From Nitrospinota bacterium (GTDB lineage: Bacteria > UBA8248): a DNA stretch of 45,733 bases. The stretch covers positions 1-45,733 of the forward strand of contig JAYGFR010000038.1 of NCBI GenBank assembly GCA_046581755.1, given 5' to 3'. Of the stretch, positions 17,753 through 28,374 are shown piece after piece. Positions within the stretch are counted from its first letter, which is position 1. Each line of letters starts with the position of its first letter. The notes under the pieces are model-generated. The model was not told the origin of the DNA. It searched no databases and worked only from the letters and a program-made list of their open reading frames with translations. The position numbers were made by a program, and so were the translations under genes.

Positions 17753-18736
17753 CTAGAGGCCCGCCTTCGAGGCCAGGGATTTCCGCAAGAACGAGACCGT
17801 CAGGCGGATGGAATCCCCGAATTCGGCGGACCTGCCATGCCGGAGCACGAAATTATGCCCGGTCCCCTCGTAGAGCTTGATCCGGGCGCTCTTCGCGGGG
17901 CCCCGCTGCAGGGCGCTCAGCATCTGGACCGATTGCGCCGCCGGAATTGTCCGGTCCTCGACGCCGTGAAAGAGGAGCACGTCGGCACGCACCTTGCCCG
18001 CCATTGTGAGCGGGCTGTTTTTCTCCAGGTAGCTTTTCCACCGCTGCGCATCCTCGCCCGCCAGCGCGAGGATGAGCGGGTTCACGCGGTGGCGGATGAA
18101 TTGCACATAGTCGTAGGGCCCGTAGTAGGCGACGACGGCCTTGAATTCGGGACGCCCGGCGGCGGTCCGGAACGCCTTGTTCGCTCCGAGGGAGAAGCCG
18201 ATGAGGCCCACCTGGCCGCCCGCGCACACCGGATTCCGCGAAAAAGCGGCCGCCGCCGAGGCGATGTCGCTGTTTTGCAACTCAAATTGCGTTTTTCGAT
18301 AATCGAATGGGACGCTCAACCCCTCCAAATCGACGTAATGGCCCGAATAATAATCCAGGATGAGCGAGGCGATCCCCCGGCTGGCCAGCGCGCGCGCATA
18401 GCGGAGATAGGCACGCCAGTATCCGCGAATTCCGTGCAAAAGGACCGCGCACAAAAACTTCCCACGCGCCTTGGGGCGGACGAGGTGGCCATCGAGCCGG
18501 ACGCCCTTCGCACCGCCGGGGAGTTGGACGGAGTGCTCGGTGTAAGCATAGGTGGGGGATTCTGGAGGATGGAGACCGGCCGTTCTGGCGCGGGTGCAGC
18601 TCGTCACCGCGATCAGGAGGATGAACATCACCAACACCCTCCGCGGGGCAATCGGGAGCCACCGCCTTTTGCGTGCGGCGCCCCCAACCTTCGGCGGCGG
18701 GGAGGTCACCTGGTGTTCCTCCGGGCGGTGGTTCAT
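17753..18736 (-). CDS. Alpha/beta hydrolase, dienelactone hydrolase-like with Ser nucleophile; possible lipoprotein
   Basis: LLHG, GFSLG, FHGVED, GTGHNF; hydrophobic stretch ending VTSC; ATG at 18736 after GAGGAGGAG; start uncertain. Confidence 0.75.
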   Translation of the reverse strand: MNHRPEEHQVTSPPPKVGGAARKRRWLPIAPRRVLVMFILLIAVTSCTRARTAGLHPPESPTYAYTEHSVQLPGGAKGVRLDGHLVRPKARGKFLCAVLLHGIRGYWRAYLRYARALASRGIASLILDYYSGHYVDLEGLSVPFDYRKTQFELQNSDIASAAAAFSRNPVCAGGQVGLIGFSLGANKAFRTAAGRPEFKAVVAYYGPYDYVQFIRHRVNPLILALAGEDAQRWKSYLEKNSPLTMAGKVRADVLLFHGVEDRTIPAAQSVQMLSALQRGPAKSARIKLYEGTGHNFVLRHGRSAEFGDSIRLTVSFLRKSLASKAGL

Positions 18737-18845
18737 TCGCGGAAAATCTCCTCCTCTTTGGCAAAGCGGCCGTATGGGATCATAATAAGGCCTATCCGCC
18801 GTGGCAACGCCGGTTTGAACTGTTCCCGCTTCCCGTGGAGGAATC

Positions 18846-20192
18846 ATGTCCGCCGTCATCGAGTATCTTCGCTCCCGGCGCGAGGCCCATCTCGCCGAGT
18901 TTCTCGAATACCTGAAAATCCCCTGCATCAGCACTCTCAACCTGCGCATCCAGGAGGGCGCCGAACATCTGGCCGCCCTGATGGAGCGGGCCGGGATCGA
19001 AACACGCATCATGGAAACCGGGGGGCACCCGGCCGTCTACGGCGAGGCGAAAGGCCCCGAGGGCGCTTCGTCGCTCCTGGTCTATGGCCACTACGACGTT
19101 CAGCCGGCGGACATCAAGGAGGGATGGACTTCCGATCCGTTCGATCCCGACATCCGGGACGGGCGGATCTACGCCCGGGGTTCGGGCGACAACAAGGGCC
19201 AGCATTTCGCCCAGATCAAGGCCATCGAGGCCTACCGCGAGACCGGCACGAAGCTCCCCATTACCGTGAAGTTCCTGATCGAGGGAGAAGAGGAGATGGG
19301 CTCGACCCACCTGCGGGAGTTCGTCGTGAAGCACCGCGATCTTCTCCGCGCGGACATCGCCTGCTCATCGGACGGTTCGCTCCACCCCTCGGCGCGCCCG
19401 ACGATCGCGCTGGGCTGCCGGGGGCTTTTGTATATCGAGCTCATCGCGCACGGGGCGGGGCGGGACCTCCACTCGGGCACCTACGGCGGAGCGATGACGA
19501 GTCCCTTCTGGCGCCTCATGGAAGCCGTCCGCGCGCTCCGGGACGAGGAGGTCCGGGTGCGCGTGCCAGGGTTCTACGAGGCGGTGCGCCCGCTGGGCGA
19601 GGCCGACCGCGAGGCCCTGGCCGAGGTGCCCAACCCCGCCTCCGAGCTCACCGCCGCCCTCGGCGAGGAGGGGATGCGCCGGATTCCCGATCCGGAGGCT
19701 TTTTACGAAAAAACCATGACCCGGCCCAACCTCAACATTTGCGGATTCCAGGGCGGCTATTCGCAGGATGGGGTGAAAACCGTCCTCCCCGGAATCGCCA
19801 AGGCCAAGATGGATTTCCGGCTCGTGGTGGACCAGGACCCGGACCGGATTTTTGAAGATGTGCGCGCGTTCATGGAGGCCGAGGGCTTCGGGGACATCGA
19901 GGTGAAGCGGATGGCCTCCTTTTATCCGAGCAAGACGCCCGCCGATCATCCCCTCATCGAAAAAATCCTCGCCGCCGTCGCCACCCGGGGCGAGCCGCCC
20001 ATCGTCTTCCCCAACTTCGGGGGCAGCGTCCCGGATATTCTCTTCACCCGCGACCTGGGGATTCCCTCCCTCTGGCTCCCGCTGGCGAACGCCGACTCGA
20101 ACGCCCACGCTCCCGAGGAAAATATCCGGATCGATATCTTCCACCGGGGAAGCGAAATTGCCTCGGCCGTCATCGACGGGCTGGGGGCGTAG
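18846..20192 (+). CDS. M20/M25/M40 family metallo-dipeptidase
   Basis: YGHYDVQP, ARGSGDNKGQ, EGEEEMGS, DLHSG, NAHAPEEN. Confidence 0.9.
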   Translation: MSAVIEYLRSRREAHLAEFLEYLKIPCISTLNLRIQEGAEHLAALMERAGIETRIMETGGHPAVYGEAKGPEGASSLLVYGHYDVQPADIKEGWTSDPFDPDIRDGRIYARGSGDNKGQHFAQIKAIEAYRETGTKLPITVKFLIEGEEEMGSTHLREFVVKHRDLLRADIACSSDGSLHPSARPTIALGCRGLLYIELIAHGAGRDLHSGTYGGAMTSPFWRLMEAVRALRDEEVRVRVPGFYEAVRPLGEADREALAEVPNPASELTAALGEEGMRRIPDPEAFYEKTMTRPNLNICGFQGGYSQDGVKTVLPGIAKAKMDFRLVVDQDPDRIFEDVRAFMEAEGFGDIEVKRMASFYPSKTPADHPLIEKILAAVATRGEPPIVFPNFGGSVPDILFTRDLGIPSLWLPLANADSNAHAPEENIRIDIFHRGSEIASAVIDGLGA

Positions 20193-20353
20193 GCGGGCAA
20201 AGGCATTCCCTCGCCCTCCACACAATAATTTTCAACTTTTGGGTGGAGGTGGACACCCCCTCCCATCCAACAAGGAAAGGGCCCTTGAGAGCTTTTTCGT
20301 CCTGACTTATGAGAGCGCCCAACAAACACCGATGCGAGGACAATATGAAATTT

Positions 20354-20386
20354 CCCTTCTCTTTCCGGGAAAAGGTTGGGATGGGG
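20354..20386 (-). repeat. REP-like palindromic element (CCCCATCCCAACCTTTTCCCGGAAAGAGAAGGG)
   Basis: Similar copy on the + strand at 25791-25823. Confidence 0.5.
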
Positions 20387-20718
20387 AATTTGTCCGGGTG
20401 GGGGCCTCCGCAGCACCCCGCATTTCCTGTATTTTTTTCCTCTGAATGCCCCATACCTATTTTCAGGCGCCGCCCCGTTTTCCGGATGGAAAGTTCCGGT
20501 TCTCGGACGGTGAGGCGGGAGACGGCCTCGTCGGGATTCAAAAAATCCGAAAGGGGTTTGAAAGGTGATACTCTCGACGGCGAAAAGAATACCCCGCCCG
20601 GAGGCGGGAAAATCGGAGACATTTATAGACGGATTGAGATAATCGGGAGTTGGGGGGGATCGATAGCCCCCCCCCGGGGGGCGGGAAGCCCCTCTCGTTA
20701 CCATTTTTGAGGCAGCGC

Positions 20719-22794
20719 ATGAACGAGCACACGAACCACCTCGCCGATGAGACGAGTCCCTACCTTCTTCAACACCGCCACAACCCGGTGAATTGGCATC
20801 CCTGGGGAGATGAGGCTCTTACCCGGGCGCGCGAGGAGGACAGGCCGATCTTTCTTTCCATTGGCTACTCGGCCTGCCATTGGTGCCACGTGATGGAGCG
20901 GGAGAGCTTCGAGAGCGGGGAAACCGCCGCCGTCCTCAACGAGCATTTCGTTTCCATCAAGGTGGACCGCGAGGAGCGCCCCGATCTGGACGCCATCTAT
21001 ATGGAGGCGGTGCAGATGATGACCGGCCAGGGGGGCTGGCCGATGAGCATGTTCCTGCTGCCGGATCTCAGGCCCTTTTTCGGGGGAACCTACTTTCCGC
21101 CCGACGACCGCTATGGCCGGCCGGGATTCAGGAGCCTGCTGCTGCGCCTGGCCGAGATATACCGAACGCGGCGGGGCGAACTCGAGGAGAACGCCGGGAA
21201 ACTGACGGGCTCGATGCGGGAGATGAGCGGAGCGGCGCCGTTGGCGGGCGGCTTTTCCCAGGAGTCCATCGCCCGTGCCGCCAATGAACTGAGCGACCGC
21301 TTCGATTCTTCATGGGGAGGATTTGGCCAGGCCCCCAAGTTTCCACCCTCGGTGGCGCTCATGCTCCTTCTTCGCGAGTGGCGGCGCGGCTGGAACGCGG
21401 ATCATCTCGCAATGGTTGAGTTCACCCTTCAGCGGATGGCCTTGGGTGGAATGTACGATCAACTTGGCGGCGGGTTTCACCGCTACAGTGTGGACCCCTA
21501 CTGGCTGGTTCCTCATTTCGAGAAGATGCTCTACGACAACGCCCTCCTCGCGCGCGTCTATCTCGAGGCGCATCAGGCGACCGGAAGCACGTTCTACCGC
21601 TCGGTGGCGACCGACACCCTCGATTATGTCCTCCGCGAGATGACATCCCCGGAGGGCGGGTTTTACTCGGCCCAGGATGCCGACAGCGAGGGCGAGGAGG
21701 GAAAATTTTTCGTTTGGACGCTGGATGAGGCCGAGGCTGTTCTGGAGCCGGAGGACGCCCGCATTTTCTGCGCTTTCTACGGCATCACGGAGGAGGGGAA
21801 TTTCGAGGGAAAGAGTATTCTCCGGATTCAGAGGGCGCCGAACCAGTTTTGCGAGGAAGAAGAGATTGGCCAGGACGAGCTTCTCGAAGTCCTCGAGCGG
21901 AGCCGCCAAAAGATGTTCGCGGTGCGAGAGAAGCGGATAAAGCCCGGTCTGGACGATAAGGTGCTGACCAGCTGGAACGGGTTGATGATCGGGGCGATGG
22001 CGTTGGCGGGGCGCATCACCGGGGAGGAGTCCTACCTGGAGGCAGGCCGCCGGGCGGCGGATTTTGTGCTCACCCGGATGCGCGGCGAGAGCGGCCTTTT
22101 GCGCACCCACAGGGCCGGGGTGAGCAGGCTGAACGCTTATCTGGACGATTACGCCTTCATGATGATGGGGCTGGTGGATCTCTACGAGACGTCCTTCGAG
22201 GTTCGCTGGCTCGATGCAGCCGCATCCCTCGCCCGCGAGGCGATCGATCGTTATTGGGATGAGCGGGAGGGCGGTTTTTTCTTCACCTCGAACGATCACG
22301 AAGAGCTCATCGTCCGCAAGAAAATATCCCAGGACGGAGCGATCCCCTCGGGGAATTCGGTGGCGGCGCTGTCCCTGCTCCGGCTGGGAAAGTTGACGGG
22401 CGACGATGCCCTGAGCGAGCGGGGAGCGGAGACGATTCGCGCGTTCGGCCAATATATAGAGCGGGCTCCAGCCGCTTTTCACATGATGCTCGTCGCGCTG
22501 GATTTTTATCTCGACGAGCCCATGGAAATCGCCGTGGTGGGCGACCCCGGCGAAGAGGACACTCAGGCGGCGCTCCGGGCGGTGAACGCGGAATTCGTCC
22601 CGAACAAGGTGCTGGCCTTCCGGCCCGCATCGGGTGGAGGTGATTTGGAGAAAAAGGTCCCGTTGCTGGAGGGTAAGATAACCGTGAACGGGGCGGCGGC
22701 GGTTTATCTGTGCCGGAACTATGCCTGCGAGCTTCCGATAACGGATGCCGGGGAGGTGAAGGAGCGACTGCGGCCAGCCGGGGGGAGGGAGTGA
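20719..22794 (+). CDS. Thioredoxin-domain protein, YyaL/SSP411 (SPATA20) family
   Basis: [63 protein letters not shown]. Confidence 0.92.
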   Translation: MNEHTNHLADETSPYLLQHRHNPVNWHPWGDEALTRAREEDRPIFLSIGYSACHWCHVMERESFESGETAAVLNEHFVSIKVDREERPDLDAIYMEAVQMMTGQGGWPMSMFLLPDLRPFFGGTYFPPDDRYGRPGFRSLLLRLAEIYRTRRGELEENAGKLTGSMREMSGAAPLAGGFSQESIARAANELSDRFDSSWGGFGQAPKFPPSVALMLLLREWRRGWNADHLAMVEFTLQRMALGGMYDQLGGGFHRYSVDPYWLVPHFEKMLYDNALLARVYLEAHQATGSTFYRSVATDTLDYVLREMTSPEGGFYSAQDADSEGEEGKFFVWTLDEAEAVLEPEDARIFCAFYGITEEGNFEGKSILRIQRAPNQFCEEEEIGQDELLEVLERSRQKMFAVREKRIKPGLDDKVLTSWNGLMIGAMALAGRITGEESYLEAGRRAADFVLTRMRGESGLLRTHRAGVSRLNAYLDDYAFMMMGLVDLYETSFEVRWLDAAASLAREAIDRYWDEREGGFFFTSNDHEELIVRKKISQDGAIPSGNSVAALSLLRLGKLTGDDALSERGAETIRAFGQYIERAPAAFHMMLVALDFYLDEPMEIAVVGDPGEEDTQAALRAVNAEFVPNKVLAFRPASGGGDLEKKVPLLEGKITVNGAAAVYLCRNYACELPITDAGEVKERLRPAGGRE

Positions 22795-22801
22795 GGGTGT
22801 C

Positions 22802-23485
22802 CTACCCCACGCGGACGAGGAACGCTTCGTAGCCCTTTTCCTGCAGGAGGAGGGTGAGCTCGGTGGCCAGACGGCGGCTCCTGAAACCGTCGAGCTGGAC
22901 GCGGTATTGGGCCGCGCTTCCGTGCCAGCCCCGGATGATGCGCGTTCTCGGGGCGCGATTCCGCATCTGCCCGGTGAAATTCTCGGCCTTGTTCCGGTTG
23001 CCAAAACCTCCCACCAGAACCAGCCATCGGATAGCCCTTTTTCGCGGAACCTGGAGGGGAATGAGGCGGACGCGGGCAACCCCCTTGGAGAGCATACCGA
23101 GCCGGTCGGCGGCCCCCCTGGAGAGATCGATGACGCGGCCTTTCACGAACGGGCCGCGGTCGTTGATCCGGACCTCGACGAAGCTGCCGTTGTCCAGCCG
23201 CTCGACGCGGACCCTGGAGTTGAAAGGCAGGGTGCGGTGGGCGGCGGTGACGCCGTGCATGTTATAGATTTCGCCGTTCGATGTTTTCCGGCCGTGATAG
23301 GGGTTTCCATACCAGGAAGCCACCCCCTGTAAATCGCCCCGGGGAACGGGGGCGGAAACCTTGACCGGAGGCGGCTCGGGTGCGGAGACGCAGCCGGCCA
23401 ATATGAGCATAAGGGCGGTCGCCAGGCTGGTGCGCAAAAACCGCCCGGGAGGCGAGGGCGCACCGGACTGAGGGGAAAGAGGCAT
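22802..23485 (-). CDS. rlpA: Septal ring lytic transglycosylase RlpA lipoprotein with SPOR domain
   Basis: Lipobox LAGC, GVASWYG, TAAHRTLP, VRINDRGPF, IDLSRGAA; C-terminal SPOR-like segment. Confidence 0.85.
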   Translation of the reverse strand: MPLSPQSGAPSPPGRFLRTSLATALMLILAGCVSAPEPPPVKVSAPVPRGDLQGVASWYGNPYHGRKTSNGEIYNMHGVTAAHRTLPFNSRVRVERLDNGSFVEVRINDRGPFVKGRVIDLSRGAADRLGMLSKGVARVRLIPLQVPRKRAIRWLVLVGGFGNRNKAENFTGQMRNRAPRTRIIRGWHGSAAQYRVQLDGFRSRRLATELTLLLQEKGYEAFLVRVG

Positions 23486-23541
23486 TCTGAATTCCCAGGC
23501 TTGTGCGGGCGAGAGCGCGGCGGTCTTTCGGGCGGAGCGGG

Positions 23542-24538
23542 CTATTCGACGTAGGGAACCGCCAGACGAATAAACCGGGCGAGATATTTTTCGTCGAAAT
23601 GGCCGGGGCTGTCCTGCATCATGGTGAAGGCGGTCATCTTGGACATCGCCTCTTTGTAGGAGCGGCGCGTCGTCAGGGCGTCGTAGACGTCGGCGATGCA
23701 GCATATCTTGCCGAAGCGTCCGATGTCGTTGTCTGACCTTCTCGTGATGCTGGAGGACGATCTGCGTGACCTCCTCGGAGAGGCCTCCTGAAATTTCGGT
23801 CAGAATCTAATAGCCGGTGTCGGGGTGTTTTTTGATCTCCTCCCATTCGTCGTCGTCGAGCTTTCCCTTTTTGTTGAGAATAGCGGGATTGATGTCTTTT
23901 TTCCCGATATCGTGGAGGAGATAGCCGACTCCCAGCTCCTTGAGGAGAGCATCGTTCTCGTCGCCGATGATGGCCCGGGTGAGCATGGAAGAGTAAATGT
24001 AGACGTGGACGGAATGGGTATAGGTGTAGTAGTCGTGAACGGTGAGTTGAAAGAAGCTTTCCATGGCGTTGGGCTCGTCCATCAGCTTGTTTATGGCCTC
24101 GACCGTTGTGTTGGCCGTGGCGTAGCCCTCTTCGTTGAAATCCTCGAAAATCTGCTGGGTTTGGCGGGCGGCGGAGCCGTAGGCCACGGCCGCCTTCCCC
24201 TCGGTGGAAAGAGGGGAGTCGAGAATGGCGGAAAGGTTGATCTCCACGAGGGTCTGCCAATTCACATCAGCCTCTTTGTCGTAGTAGAGCCTATCGGTGA
24301 CTTTGGATATTTCCTCGTAGGCATCCGAGGAAAGGCCCTGACTCTTTCGGAATAGGAGAGAGAGTTCCTTTCCTTTGTTCAGATACAAATCGACCGGGGC
24401 ATCAGTGCCCCAGGGGATATTCCCCAGTGTGACAGGGCGGAGGCGTATCCGGGTCTTGCCCTTCCCGCCCTCTCCCTGGCTGATTTTCAGTCGGTCCCTG
24501 CTTGATTGTCCGTTGGCCGATTGGCCTTCTTGCTCCAT
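23542..24538 (-). pseudogene. HD-GYP c-di-GMP phosphodiesterase pseudogene
   Basis: HDYYTYTHS, LHDIGK and IKKHP are intact; in-frame TAG at 23807-23809; QHHEKV is followed by a frameshift near 23735 that removes the GYP loop; IADVYDALTTRRSYK...FD resumes in another frame to a stop at 23542. Confidence 0.85.
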
Positions 24539-25035
24539 GCGTACCGGTTCCTTGCTGGTTTATAAAGTCTCGAAATATCCGGTGGCCACCCGTTGGGGTA
24601 TTGCCTATTTACACCACAAAAATTAACACCTTACATCGGCGATGGAAACCGATAAGTAGGATCTCAAGCGCGCTGGTGTCCAATGGACGGAAGATCGGAC
24701 CAAAACCGAAGGAAATCAGTCTATTTTTGCGGATTTTCCGAGATGGTTTTTCCCTTGAACGAGCCGCCTGACAGCCGCCCAGGAGCGCACGATTATCGAA
24801 ATTTGGCGAAATTGTCCGCAATAGCCGCGCCCGCTCTTCCGGTTCGATCAAGGTTTCTCGCGGAAATCGCCAGAGGGGGCGGGCAAGGTTCTGGGAAAAA
24901 GGCCCCCGCTCCGTTTCCCCGCCGCTGGGGGACGGTATTTTTTTTGGGACGGAATACATTATAAAGGCCTGGGTGCGGCGTATGCTGAATATCCTCTTTT
25001 TCGCCGAAATTTTCTAAATATAGGGAGATGGGCAA

Positions 25036-25548
25036 ATGGCCCGAATTTCGTTGATCGAGGCCGGTGAGGCCGAGGCAAGTGCCAAAAGGATTATGGAAAG
25101 TCTTCAAAAACAGTTCGGGGTCGTAATCGATCCGGTCAAGGCGCTGGCCCACAAGCCGGAGTTCTTGCGCTCCCTCCTCAGCCTCACGACCGTCGCCGAC
25201 GGGCCGGGCGATATCGACACGGGCTTCAAGGAGGTGCTCAACATCCGGGCCTCGGTATTGAACGGGTGCGAATTCTGCACCCAGATGCACTCGAGGATGG
25301 CGGGCATGCACAAGGTGGCGGCCGGAAAAATCGAGGGCGCGAAAGAGGGCTCCTCCAGCGGGGCGTTCGACGAGAAGGAAAAGGCGGCTCTTCTCCTTTG
25401 CGAGGAGAGCACCCGGGACGTGAAGGTCTCGGACGCCTCCTTCGATAACGCGCGCAAACACTATTCCGAGGCCGAGATCGTCGAACTCATGGGCGTCATC
25501 TCGGTGATCAACATGTGGAACCGTCTGATGGTGGGGCTGGGGTTCTAG
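25036..25548 (+). CDS. Carboxymuconolactone decarboxylase/AhpD-like protein
   Basis: KEVLNIRASVLNGCEFCTQMH (CxxC-x-x-x-H), EIVEL...INMWNR. Confidence 0.85.
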   Translation: MARISLIEAGEAEASAKRIMESLQKQFGVVIDPVKALAHKPEFLRSLLSLTTVADGPGDIDTGFKEVLNIRASVLNGCEFCTQMHSRMAGMHKVAAGKIEGAKEGSSSGAFDEKEKAALLLCEESTRDVKVSDASFDNARKHYSEAEIVELMGVISVINMWNRLMVGLGF

Positions 25549-25593
25549 GGCGAATATTTCGAAACGCTCCGGCCCCATCCGCCAGAAAACACC

Positions 25594-25790
25594 GGCAAAT
25601 GCGCCAAGGGCCGCCTATTTGCGCCAGCCCCCGTTTCCGCCCCGTCTGGGAGAATTTTCGGGCAAATGCGTCAAGGCCCGCGTATTTGCGCCAGCACCGC
25701 TTCCGAAATCCTCCTGCCTGAAACCGCCGGCAAATGCGCCTAGGGCCGCGTATTTTCGCGCGCCCCCGTTTTGGTCCGTCCGGGAGAATA
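25594..25790. repeat. Three copies of a ~38-bp hairpin repeat at 67-68-bp period (REP/BIME-like)
   Basis: GGCAAATGCGYCNAGGSCCGCSTATTT... starting at 25594, 25661 and 25729. Confidence 0.75.
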
Positions 25791-25823
25791 CCCCCAACCC
25801 AACCTTCCCCCGGAGGGAGAAGG
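25791..25823 (+). repeat. REP-like palindromic element (CCCCCAACCCAACCTTCCCCCGGAGGGAGAAGG)
   Basis: Similar to the inverted copy at 20354-20386. Confidence 0.5.
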
Positions 25824-25979
25824 AGATTACAAGTTCCCTCTCCCTCCGGAGGAGGTGGAGTCCATCTCCTCCCGCAGGACATGGCTCAAACGGGGCAAGA
25901 GAGAGGGCAGTGTGAGGGAGGATTTATAAATTTTCTCTTGGAAGCGGGGGGAGGAATCGCCGCACCCTTCCCCCCTTTT

Positions 25980-27008
25980 TCATCGCCTCCCGGCCAGCCG
26001 CTTTTGCATGGCCCGGGCTTTTTCCTGGGCGGAGGTGGCCTCACCCCACTTCCCGGCGGACTGATACGCGAACGCCAACCGGTTCAAGATCTGAAGGATG
26101 CGAATATGGTCGGGACCCAGATTCTTTTCGAGTATGACCAGCGCCCTTTCGAGGAGCGGCGCCGCTTCGGTGAACTTGCGCTGAGAGAAATAGACCGGGG
26201 CCATCTCGTAGAGCGCAGCGGCGTTGTCCGGATGATCGGGCCCCAGCGCCTTCTCGCGGATGGCAAGAGCCCGCTTGTAGTGCGACTCCGCCTTTTTGAA
26301 CTGCCGCCGACCCTTGTAGAGCCTTGCCAGGGTTTTGAGACGCCCGGCCACCCGGAGATCTTCGGGCCCCAGGGCCTTCTCGCGGATGGCCAGGGATTTT
26401 ATGGCCTGCGGGAGAGCCTCCCCATACCGGCGGGCCCAATTGTGAATTCTTGCTTGATCATCGAGACGTTTCGCCTCTTCAATCGGCTCCGGATTCGCTC
26501 CATTCCGCATCGAGGGTCCGGCGGATGCTTCCGGGGCAGAACGAACGGTTCTCGCCCGCCCGCGAAACAGGGCTGCCTGTTTCCACTTTCCGAGCATCTG
26601 ATAAATACCGGCCAGGTCATTCATTGTCTCAGCGATGATGGGGTGATCCGGCTTCAGGTTTTTCTCGAAGAGGGTCAGCGCTCTTCGGAGCGCCGTTTCG
26701 GCCTCCAAATAGCGCCTCTGGGCCCAGTAGACCCTGCCGAGATTCTTGAGGGCTCTGGCGGCGCCGGGCCGCTCGCGACCGAGCGCCTTTTCGCGGAGGG
26801 CCAGAGCTCTTTGGGCTGTGGGGAGCGCTTCGGCCAGGCGATTTTCTCTGAGAAGACGAACCGATTTCCAATGAAGACGAATCGCTTCCTGTTTATTCTT
26901 TTCGTGAGAGATCGATTGCCACCAGAATGGATTTACGACCCAGGCCACCCCGATTCCGCAAAGTAGAAGAAATGCCCATGTAGGGATAATTTTATGGACG
27001 GGAAACAT
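25980..27008 (-). CDS. Membrane-anchored tetratricopeptide repeat protein (kinesin-light-chain-like TPRs)
   Basis: N-terminal TM segment; repeated ALAIREKALGPDHP units; start uncertain (27008 or 27077). Confidence 0.85.
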   Translation of the reverse strand: MFPVHKIIPTWAFLLLCGIGVAWVVNPFWWQSISHEKNKQEAIRLHWKSVRLLRENRLAEALPTAQRALALREKALGRERPGAARALKNLGRVYWAQRRYLEAETALRRALTLFEKNLKPDHPIIAETMNDLAGIYQMLGKWKQAALFRGRARTVRSAPEASAGPSMRNGANPEPIEEAKRLDDQARIHNWARRYGEALPQAIKSLAIREKALGPEDLRVAGRLKTLARLYKGRRQFKKAESHYKRALAIREKALGPDHPDNAAALYEMAPVYFSQRKFTEAAPLLERALVILEKNLGPDHIRILQILNRLAFAYQSAGKWGEATSAQEKARAMQKRLAGRR

Positions 27009-27010
27009 TT

Positions 27011-27058
27011 GCCGCCACCTGTGCCGCCACCTGTGCCGTACCCAGTGACCCCACCTTT
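27011..27058. repeat. 12-bp tandem repeat (GCCGCCACCTGT), 2 exact + 2 degenerate copies
   Basis: Read directly; on the - strand the exact units carry an SD-like AGGTGG just before the TPR gene ATG. Confidence 0.65.
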
Positions 27059-27516
27059 TCCGCCTCAAGTTCCCCACCCGTATTGTATCATGACCTCTTT
27101 CGGTGATGTCCGGGCAGCAATGATATTCCCCCGATTGTGGTACTGCCCGCTATCTTACTCCAAAAACCGGAGCACAGACGGATTTGTTGTCGAACCAGAT
27201 GGACTTTCGGGTGTGGAGCGGGTTTTTAGGTCAAGATTTAAAATTTGATTTTTCGATATGCCATGGATAGGTCCCCCTGGCCGGGTTTTTCCAAACCCCT
27301 GTAGGGAATCCCCGTTTTCCAAATGGTTTTTTGGAGGGAGGTATTCCAGCCGCAGGTGGCCATTTCAGGCCACGATTCTTTTCCGAGCGGGCGCCTCTGG
27401 TCCCATGCACAGGGCTTATAGGATATTTTACATGTTGAATGAGTGAAATTACATTGCAAGACAACTGACGAGTTCGGCATTCCTGTTTTGATATTTCACT
27501 CTTTTATTTTTCCAAT

Positions 27517-27867
27517 TTATAGCCCAAATTGCCATGCGACTTTTTTTGAATCGCGGTAATTTAAAATAACCAAGTAACGGCCATCGTTTTGTGCTTTTAC
27601 AGACCACCCTATTTTTTTTAGCTCTAGACCATCCTGGTACATGAACTTAAAATTCTCGCTCAATATAGTCGTTTTTCTTTTGCAAGGTCCAGAAAAGTTT
27701 GTGGATTTCACGAAGTTGATCAATCGTCTATGCAGCGGAGTTAATTTTACATTCTTCTTAGGTAAATTTGTTTTGGTTTTCTCATTAGATATCTTCTTTC
27801 GTTTTGCGCGCGATTTTAATTTTTTGAAGGTATTAATTTCTTTGTCTGGTGGTAATGGGGAACACAT
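27517..27867 (-). CDS. Hypothetical Lys-rich protein or gene fragment in the AT-rich islet
   Basis: 116-aa ORF with no recognisable motif and no clear SD. Confidence 0.35.
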   Translation of the reverse strand: MCSPLPPDKEINTFKKLKSRAKRKKISNEKTKTNLPKKNVKLTPLHRRLINFVKSTNFSGPCKRKTTILSENFKFMYQDGLELKKIGWSVKAQNDGRYLVILNYRDSKKVAWQFGL

Positions 27868-27975
27868 TCATAGCTAGTAACGACCATGCCGTATGGTGGG
27901 CGAATCATAGTTGTAAATTCATCGCTCCCAGTAGGTAAAACTTCAAGTTTAATGACTGTTGAAATTTCATGGCTA

Positions 27976-28374
27976 CTAACCTAATTTCAGATAGCCCCTT
28001 TTTGATATCTCTTTTCGTTTTCCAACTTCTTCCAGTATATTTTTTTTATCACCTTTCGTCCCAGGGACATATTGCCTCACCCAAAGGCGCCATGAAGTTG
28101 GTTTGCCCCATATGAATTCGCTCTCCGTCACCACCATTACAACCCCGCCGATACCGATGACCATCAGTACCACCAGCATCCACCTGGTTTTTCTGTTCTT
28201 CCTCCTTGCCTCGGTCGTAACAAATTTGCCTGGCCCTGGCAGAGGAAGGTGTGCGTCCGATCTTGACCCAGCAGGCGGTTCGTTCCGGGGAGCAATCGGG
28301 TACCCACAACCAGGGCAGGCTTCAGCCTTATCTGAAATCTCACTGTTGCATTCGGGACACTCACTTAGCGCCAT
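27976..28374 (-). CDS. Zinc-ribbon domain membrane protein
   Basis: MALSECPECNSEISDKAEACPGCGYP (two CxxC) followed by one TM helix; GAGGTGG SD. Confidence 0.75.
   Translation of the reverse strand: MALSECPECNSEISDKAEACPGCGYPIAPRNEPPAGSRSDAHLPLPGPGKFVTTEARRKNRKTRWMLVVLMVIGIGGVVMVVTESEFIWGKPTSWRLWVRQYVPGTKGDKKNILEEVGKRKEISKRGYLKLG

Noticed and set aside
23807..23809. Pyrrolysine or amber read-through in the HD-GYP gene
   Set aside because: A separate frameshifting deletion removes the GYP motif downstream, so read-through would not restore the protein; no pyl genes are seen
25594..25790. CRISPR array
   Set aside because: Only three degenerate units, the linkers resemble each other in alternation instead of being unique, and no cas genes are in the window
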